From NCBI GenBank assembly GCA_036517255.1, contig DATDXE010000014.1, positions 9,994-73,993 on the forward strand: a DNA stretch of 64,000 nt, in the 5' to 3' direction. A program made the translations under genes and the position numbers. Positions 57,970-64,000 of this stretch are shown here, in pieces; positions within the stretch are counted from its first letter, which is position 1; each line of letters begins with the position of its first letter. The notes beneath the pieces were generated by a model, which was not told the origin of the DNA, did not search any database, and saw only the letters and a program-made list of their open reading frames with translations. Source of the stretch: Minisyncoccota bacterium. GTDB lineage: Bacteria; Patescibacteriota; Minisyncoccia; Phycocordibacterales; WO2-35-19.

Positions 57970-57999
57970 AACCACTCAAATACCGGTATTTGAGTGGTT
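57970..57999. repeat. Perfect 30-bp palindrome
   Basis: AACCACTCAAATACCGGTATTTGAGTGGTT equals its own reverse complement. Confidence 0.9.
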
Positions 58000-58008
58000 C
58001 ACGAGCGG

Positions 58009-58557
58009 TTAGATTTTTATATAGTGAGTATATTTTCCCGCTTTTCCAACCTGTTGCAACTTTCCTTCTTTTTCTAAAATATCTAAATATCTTCTAGCTG
58101 TCGCGTCCGACACTCTCAAAGTTTTTTCAACATCGTCGTTAGTTATTTTTATTTTCTTATCGACCATATTCATAATCTTCTCCAATTTCCTCTTTTTCCC
58201 AATCTGTATTTTTTCCAATAAATTTCTCCACAAAGTTTTCTGCTTTGCCTCGACGTAGCCTTGAGCGTAGGCGGGCTTCGCCTCGCCGTAGCTCGACTCT
58301 AAAGGAGATGTGGAGGCTGGCATCACTTCAGTTATCGTCACTGTCTCCGGAGTTTTTATAATAGTAATGTTCTCATTCACACTTTTTTCTACAACCGGCT
58401 CAATATTTGGTTTCTCGTCTTCAGCTTCTGTTGCGTCTTTAGCTTTAACTTCAGATACGGAAGTTGTTTCTTCCTCTGGTTTTACAGGCGCGACTATTTC
58501 AGGTACTGATTCTACAGGAGTATCGACTGTAGGTGTAGGCGTATTTTCTTCTGACAT
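58009..58557 (-). CDS. Protein with disordered N-terminus and C-terminal DeoR-like winged HTH
   Basis: ITNDDVEKTLRVSDATARRYLDILEKEG. Confidence 0.75.
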   Translation of the reverse strand: MSEENTPTPTVDTPVESVPEIVAPVKPEEETTSVSEVKAKDATEAEDEKPNIEPVVEKSVNENITIIKTPETVTITEVMPASTSPLESSYGEAKPAYAQGYVEAKQKTLWRNLLEKIQIGKKRKLEKIMNMVDKKIKITNDDVEKTLRVSDATARRYLDILEKEGKLQQVGKAGKYTHYIKI

Positions 58558-58658
58558 ATATAAATAATACTTCGTCGCGTCCTGGCCTACAAGATGAAGG
58601 AGGTGAGGTATTTCCCCCATATGCTATAATCTCGGCATTAAAAATAAACACTAATAAT

Positions 58659-59465
58659 ATGTTCAATCAAATGTTCCAAGGTACGAGCGGGGAGAGGATT
58701 TCCAAATATACAGCCTGGGCTATATTTTTACTGGCCTGTTTTCTCTTGGTCCAGGTAATTACTGGTCTGAAAAGAATGAGTTACATCGGTAAAGAAATTT
58801 ATCCGCAACGAACCATTATGGTCATGGGTGAAGGTGAAGCTTTCGCCGTGCCTGATATCGGCAGTTTCTCTTTCTCTGTCACTGAATCAGGAGCGACTGT
58901 GAAAGAGGCTCAAGAAAAAGCTGATACCAAAATAAACAAAGCGCTCTCTTCGGTGCGAGAAGCTGGAGTGGAAGACAAAGATATTAAAACTACTGGTTAC
59001 AACGTTTACCCAAGATATGAATGGGAGCAGATCTATTGCATCACTACTCCTTGTCCTGGAGGTAAAAATGTCCTGAACGGTTATGAAGTGAGTCAAACTA
59101 TCACCGTGAAAGTAAGGGATACTGAAAAAGCAGGTGACTTGGTGACCAAGGTGGGGGCAGTAGGAGTGTCGAACATAAGCGGACTTGATTTTACTGTGGA
59201 TGATAGAGAAAAATATGTGGCCATGGCCCGCGAGCAAGCGATAGAGAAAGCTAAAGAAAATGCCAAGAAATTGGCTAAAGATTTGGATGTCCGCCTCGGC
59301 AAAATGCTTTACTTCAATGACAATAGTGGCTACCCGACGCCTTACTATGGAGAAGGTATGGGAGGTGATATGGTGAGGAGCTCAGCTGCACCTATGAAAG
59401 CTGAAATCCCTGTCGGCGAGTCGAAAATAACTTCGCAAGTCAGCCTGACTTACGAGATCAAGTAA
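58659..59465 (+). CDS. SIMPL (DUF541) domain protein
   Basis: GEGEAFAVPD, DIKTTGYNVYP, AREQAIEKAK. Confidence 0.9.
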   Translation: MFNQMFQGTSGERISKYTAWAIFLLACFLLVQVITGLKRMSYIGKEIYPQRTIMVMGEGEAFAVPDIGSFSFSVTESGATVKEAQEKADTKINKALSSVREAGVEDKDIKTTGYNVYPRYEWEQIYCITTPCPGGKNVLNGYEVSQTITVKVRDTEKAGDLVTKVGAVGVSNISGLDFTVDDREKYVAMAREQAIEKAKENAKKLAKDLDVRLGKMLYFNDNSGYPTPYYGEGMGGDMVRSSAAPMKAEIPVGESKITSQVSLTYEIK

Positions 59466-59478
59466 TATTTAAAGACAA

Positions 59479-59531
59479 AATTAAAAAGGGTCCCCTTTGG
59501 TACAGTAGCCCAAGGAGGACCTTTTTTAATT
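59479..59531. terminator. Bidirectional terminator
   Basis: AATTAAAAAGGGTCC...GGACCTTTTTTAATT between convergent genes. Confidence 0.7.
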
Positions 59532-59535
59532 TAAA

Positions 59536-59958
59536 CTATTTGATTTCTACTCCCATTGACCTTGCCGTGCCGGCGATAATTTTCATTGCCGCTTCTACGT
59601 CGTGAGCATTTAGTTCTGGCATTTTTGTCTTAGCAATTTCTTCCAGTTGTTTCTTAGTCAAAGTGCCTACTTTTTGTGAAGGGGCTTTGCCCGCTCCTTT
59701 TTCGATGCCTAGAGTTTTGAGGATAAGGCTGGAAGCAGGAGATATTTTCAGTATGAAATCGAAAGTCCTGTCCTCATACACTGAGAGTTCCACTGGTATA
59801 GTGTCGCCCATCCTGTCGCGAGTCTGTTCATTAAACTTGGTGACGAATTCACCGATGTTGATACCAGCTGGGCCGAGAGCTGTTCCCACAGGAGGGGCAG
59901 GAGTAGCCTTGCCAGCAGGTAAAACGAGCTTTATTTTTTTGGTTACTTTTTTTGCCAT
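59536..59958 (-). CDS. rplK: 50S ribosomal protein L11
   Basis: [22 protein letters not shown]. Confidence 0.97.
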   Translation of the reverse strand: MAKKVTKKIKLVLPAGKATPAPPVGTALGPAGINIGEFVTKFNEQTRDRMGDTIPVELSVYEDRTFDFILKISPASSLILKTLGIEKGAGKAPSQKVGTLTKKQLEEIAKTKMPELNAHDVEAAMKIIAGTARSMGVEIK

Positions 59959-59975
59959 AGATAGACCAATTTACA

Positions 59976-60521
59976 TTAAATTTTCTTAATTTGCAAGAAG
60001 TCGAGTTCCACTGGAGTCTCCCGACCAAACATCGGTACCAGTACTTTTACTTTTCCTCTTTCTTGATCTACTTCACCCACTTTGCCTTCCAAATCTTTGA
60101 ATGGGCCATCAGCTATCTTCACTGTGTCGCCCTCAGATACGTCGATATTGTGCTTCGGAGTGTCTGAGTTCATCCTTCTAAAAAGTTCGTCTACCTCCTT
60201 TTCTTCGAGGGGCACAGGGAACACTCCTGATCCGACGAAGCCAGTGACGCGGGGTGTGTTGCGTACCACATACCAAGAATCATCGGTGACGATCATGTTC
60301 ACCAGTACATATCCAGGATATATTTTTTCTTCCTCTTCCACTCTTTTACCACCTTTCACTTTTATTTTTTTCTCTGTTGGCACCACCACATCGAAAATTT
60401 TATCTTCCATGCCGAGCGATTCGATTCTTTGTTTCAAATTCCTAGAGACGGCGTTCTCATAACCGGAGTAGGTATGGATGGCGTACCAATTTTTACCTTC
60501 TTGTATTTGTTGTTTAGACAT
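59976..60521 (-). CDS. nusG: Transcription factor NusG
   Basis: WYAIHTYSGYE, YPGYVLV, VRNTPRVTGFVG, FGRETPVEL. Confidence 0.97.
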   Translation of the reverse strand: MSKQQIQEGKNWYAIHTYSGYENAVSRNLKQRIESLGMEDKIFDVVVPTEKKIKVKGGKRVEEEEKIYPGYVLVNMIVTDDSWYVVRNTPRVTGFVGSGVFPVPLEEKEVDELFRRMNSDTPKHNIDVSEGDTVKIADGPFKDLEGKVGEVDQERGKVKVLVPMFGRETPVELDFLQIKKI

Positions 60522-60568
60522 AGTTTTAAAATTAAAAGATGGAAAAAAGAAAAGAAGCAAAGATTAAA

Positions 60569-60745
60569 CTACACGATGAGGGCGAGAAGTTTTGAAAATA
60601 TAAAGTCGAAGAGTCCGAGGAATAGTGATGTCAAAATCGACACGATGATCACGACTACGGTGAAAGCCAGCGCTTGGTTGCGAGTCGGCCAGCTGACGTG
60701 GGTAAGCTCTGCTCTGGTTTCTTTCAAATATGTTCCTATGCCCAT
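60569..60745 (-). CDS. secE: Preprotein translocase SecE (not in the ORF track)
   Basis: MGIGTYLKETRAELTHVSWPTRNQ followed by a TM helix; upstream of nusG. Confidence 0.93.
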   Translation of the reverse strand: MGIGTYLKETRAELTHVSWPTRNQALAFTVVVIIVSILTSLFLGLFDFIFSKLLALIV

Positions 60746-60842
60746 TTTGTTTTTATTATTTCAGATCTATTAAAAAACCCCTCTCGGGGCGCCTCGGAAA
60801 CTGTGACTCCATTATATCAAAATGAGCTTTCCTGTCAACTAG

Positions 60843-61727
60843 CTACTTCCACTTTTTGCTTGTCCATGACGATGGCAAGTATTCCTCTATTTTATATGTT
60901 CGATACTCGTCTGTATCTTTGGAGAAACAATGTAACTTAGGAGAAATATCGAACTTGGCGCATATTTCAGAAATGAATTGGCGACAGATACCACACATAT
61001 CGCAGGGACTGTCAGGATATTTTGATGACACGATGCCTATGTCTGTTATCTCATGATTTTTATCCATGAGTGCACTTAATATAGAAGTGACTTCGGAGTG
61101 TAAGCCTAGCCTTTTGTCTGGGCTTGAATATTGTCCGCCGAAATACACTTTGCCGTTTTTTGTAGCTACTGCTGTGCCATAACCTGAAGCTCCATCGTAT
61201 AGAGGGAAATTTCTGTCTAGACCTTGTATGGCATACGGCTTTAGTTCCAAAGGCTCGCTTATATTTAACTGCAGATGATTTTCCTGAAATTTAGAATTTT
61301 GGAATCTACCTATAATTATTTTTTCTGGTTTATAATTACTAAATTCTTTTGAGATATCTTTACTCTCAAATATATTTTCTCCCGATAAATTCACGATCTT
61401 GTATTCTATGGATTTTTCGATTCTCATACTGTGGTCAATGATTATTTTGCCGACGATAGGTGAAAGAGAAGTGTCACCGGAAGCCTCTCTTATCGTCACT
61501 ATTCTTTCTATCCCGTAATCAGTATTTAAAGCTGACAACACAAGGACAGCTTGTTCGGAACTTATGTTTAAAGAATTTGTATCCGAGGCCACGGACCCAG
61601 CGCAATACATTTTCCCACTGCTCGAGTAAGCGATGGAGGCAGTTCGCTCCCCCTCTTTTTTTGTTACAGAAAGGGAGAGGGTTTCCTTCAATTTTTCTAG
61701 CTCCTTATCTTTAGTTGATATCTGCAT
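60843..61727 (-). CDS. Cytidine deaminase-like protein, two domains
   Basis: C-terminal HSE...CGICRQ Zn motif; degenerate N-terminal copy (SSEQ, SPIV). Confidence 0.75.
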   Translation of the reverse strand: MQISTKDKELEKLKETLSLSVTKKEGERTASIAYSSSGKMYCAGSVASDTNSLNISSEQAVLVLSALNTDYGIERIVTIREASGDTSLSPIVGKIIIDHSMRIEKSIEYKIVNLSGENIFESKDISKEFSNYKPEKIIIGRFQNSKFQENHLQLNISEPLELKPYAIQGLDRNFPLYDGASGYGTAVATKNGKVYFGGQYSSPDKRLGLHSEVTSILSALMDKNHEITDIGIVSSKYPDSPCDMCGICRQFISEICAKFDISPKLHCFSKDTDEYRTYKIEEYLPSSWTSKKWK

Positions 61728-62607
61728 TACTTCTAAGTTTACTTACACTAAGGCCTGCTGGTGACCAGTCATAGTGAAGAGTTTTTTTAATAAAATCATT
61801 TAGTAAGTGTATTTTATCGCGTTCTAGTCGAGGATACATTTTTTCCGACTGCTTACTTGAAAGCCTGATAGTAGGGAAGAAGGGCATCGGGAAAGCATAG
61901 TAAGGCACTAGGCTTCTTTCTTTAGGTTCTACTAGGATGACGGTTATCGGTTTGTTTAAATGCTCGATGGCATAATCGATTCTGTGTACCCCATCGCAAA
62001 CGATATGAAAGTCGTGCTTGCCGTTAAATTTCAAACCATAATTGATAAGGCCTGCATTAGAATTAAAAATATCAAGATGTTTGATAGCGCTTACTTCGTC
62101 TATAAAATAATTCTTAAAATATCGATCTGTAATTGCATGTAAATTGAATTTAGCGTCTTTGACATAGAAATCTTTAAAAAGTTTTAACATCTTGTCTAAG
62201 TCGATATAGCCATCCTTCAAATCATAAGTATGTTTTTCTATAATAGGTGGCAACATATGAAATACGCCTCGATTTTGCCAATCGTATTCTATGGCACAAT
62301 CCATCTTGTCGATACTCATTTTCTTGTTCGATAGAAAAGCGTCAACTGTCTTTATGATATCTACTTGATTTAGATATACAGTCGGTTGAGGGGAAAATAG
62401 TATTTCCTGTTTATTTTTCGTTTTTATGGTGGGGTAACTTCCCATCGATTTTGGAGGGTACACAGTGGCTAAGGAAAATTTAGCTTTTTTATAGGGTTTT
62501 ATTATACGGCCGTCCTTTTTGTACAAGCCTCTAAATTCTATATCCTTCAATTTTTCATAGAGCTCCTCAAGTGGCATTTTCCTTATGAGGGTTATTTTCT
62601 CTTTCAT
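61711..62607 (-). CDS. Hypothetical protein with ParB/Srx-like motif
   Basis: PPIIE and IVCDGVHR. Confidence 0.55.
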   Translation of the reverse strand: MKEKITLIRKMPLEELYEKLKDIEFRGLYKKDGRIIKPYKKAKFSLATVYPPKSMGSYPTIKTKNKQEILFSPQPTVYLNQVDIIKTVDAFLSNKKMSIDKMDCAIEYDWQNRGVFHMLPPIIEKHTYDLKDGYIDLDKMLKLFKDFYVKDAKFNLHAITDRYFKNYFIDEVSAIKHLDIFNSNAGLINYGLKFNGKHDFHIVCDGVHRIDYAIEHLNKPITVILVEPKERSLVPYYAFPMPFFPTIRLSSKQSEKMYPRLERDKIHLLNDFIKKTLHYDWSPAGLSVSKLRSNADIN

Positions 62608-62728
62608 GAACTCAGTATATGACGAGCGCTCCCTGGATACAAGTTTTACATTTAGGTTTCAATTTGGTCTTGTAAATGGTATAAAAACCTAAGACCCTGA
62701 ACCCACACAGCAGAATAGAAAGGCTACA

Positions 62729-64000
62729 ATGCTCAAGTTTGAATCGCTTTATTACGGCGATCGGCTGCTGCCGATCGTTAATGAAACTGGAGACGTGGCT
62801 ATATGCACTCTCTGGTCCAAAACTGAATCGGCGCGAAAGATTTTAGGAGAAGCTGGGGTTGATCTCGACCCCGCTACTTCTCGCATCTCTGTCATCGCCA
62901 ATCTCTACGGCAACGGCTTGCCCCAGATGCTGCGCAACCTGCTTCACAACCCGCAGATTCGTTACATCGTGATAGTCGGCAAAAATTTGTCCGGCTCACT
63001 CGAGTGGCTCGTCAACTTTTTCGAGCAAGGTCTCGAGGAAGTGGAATTCCTGGGAGCCAAGGCTTCCAGAATTCGCGGTACCAATCGCGTGATCGATGGA
63101 GAAGTAACTCCCGACATGTTTGTCCAGGAACCGCAGTTTTCTGTTTTTGGAGATGTCGGTGATCCGGCGACGAAAGAGTCTCTCCAGACTTTTTTCGGGG
63201 AACTGCCGGAACAAAAAGAATGTGTCCTGCCCCGTATCGAACCTCCGGAAATCCCGGAGCCTCAAGTCACACGCTATCCCTCCAATCCTCGAGGGCACAC
63301 GATCGTTCGCGCCACTCCGATGGAAGCTTACGCCGAGCTCATCTTCCGCCTCTACCGCTTTGGTCATCGCAACATGGTCGCGAAGAAGACGGGCCTCGAA
63401 GGGCGCGTCGAACTTCAGAATGTGAAGGTGGTGATCGAAGAGGCACGTGAAGAATCCGACGAGGTTCTGCGTGGTTACGGTTTCCTGCTGGAAAAGTTTA
63501 AAGCTTACCAGTGTCGCATTCTCGATCCGGGGAAGCCATATGACCTGGGCTACACCTACGGCAACCGCCTCCGCCAGCACTTTGGTAGCGATTCGCTCGA
63601 AATCGTGGCCAAGCGCCTGCGCGAAAAACCCGACTCGCGCCACGCTTACTTCACGCTTTGGGATAACACCCGCGACCTTATAGAAGGTACGGACACGCCC
63701 TGCTTCGTCACGGCTTTCTTTCGCCGTTTCGAAGGTCGCCTCACTCTCACCGCCACCTTTCGCTCACACAATGCCATGGAAGCCTGGCCGGAGAATGTCT
63801 ACGGTCTGATTGCTATCCAGAGATTTGTCGCGAACCTTGCAAATATGGAGCCTGGCGCGATCACCGTCGTCAGCCACTCCATCTCGATCGATCTGCCTTC
63901 TCTTGAGAAGGCCAAGCGCATCGCGACGTCGAAGGAATCGGACGAAGTGTACGACCCAGCGACCGGCAAGCACGGTCCTCGCATGGATCCTCATGGTGAG
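62729..64000 (+). CDS. MtrA-like plus thymidylate synthase-like fusion protein (runs off the window; not in the ORF track)
   Basis: Manual translation: VAICTLWS, LRNLLHNPQIRYIVIVG (MtrA-like); YTYGNRL, TPCF, FRSHNAMEAWPEN (TS-like). Confidence 0.8.
   Translation, partial: MLKFESLYYGDRLLPIVNETGDVAICTLWSKTESARKILGEAGVDLDPATSRISVIANLYGNGLPQMLRNLLHNPQIRYIVIVGKNLSGSLEWLVNFFEQGLEEVEFLGAKASRIRGTNRVIDGEVTPDMFVQEPQFSVFGDVGDPATKESLQTFFGELPEQKECVLPRIEPPEIPEPQVTRYPSNPRGHTIVRATPMEAYAELIFRLYRFGHRNMVAKKTGLEGRVELQNVKVVIEEAREESDEVLRGYGFLLEKFKAYQCRILDPGKPYDLGYTYGNRLRQHFGSDSLEIVAKRLREKPDSRHAYFTLWDNTRDLIEGTDTPCFVTAFFRRFEGRLTLTATFRSHNAMEAWPENVYGLIAIQRFVANLANMEPGAITVVSHSISIDLPSLEKAKRIATSKESDEVYDPATGKHGPRMDPHGE

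Noticed and set aside
62996-63994. Several ORFs in the track in this region
   Set aside because: Shadows of the long plus-strand TS-fusion frame starting at 62729.

Overview
This is a 64-kb chromosomal window from a Patescibacteria (CPR, most likely Parcubacteria) genome. The assignment is inferred from gene content, compact and largely leaderless genes, an origin-proximal VirB4/PrgI/pilin locus and tRNA-Arg(GCG). It spans the replication origin (yidC-rnpA-rpmH-dnaA-oriC-dnaN), a T4SS-like cluster, type IV pilus genes, ruvABC, polA, tyrS, seven tRNAs and several small accessory genes. The main discovery candidate is a pair of intact diversity-generating retroelements (33.1-35.6 kb and 52.6-55.2 kb) with adenine-only TR/VR mismatches and a shared unusual layout: target-VR, structured leader, TR, ANTISENSE avd, poly-G tract, RT. 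In both, the avd ATG is followed by a poly-C run that leaves it one base out of frame. Both also share a covarying RNA stem ending 2 nt before the TR, plus conserved leader and post-VR motifs. Other candidates: a promoter-driven orphan ncRNA with a perfect 27-bp stem (24.8-25.0 kb), twin divergent ECF promoters driving a probable sRNA, in-frame palindromic insertions in core genes, self-contained GC-richer gene cassettes, and an MtrA-thymidylate-synthase/deaminase/ParB-like cluster. All alignments and folds were done by eye and no database searches were run.
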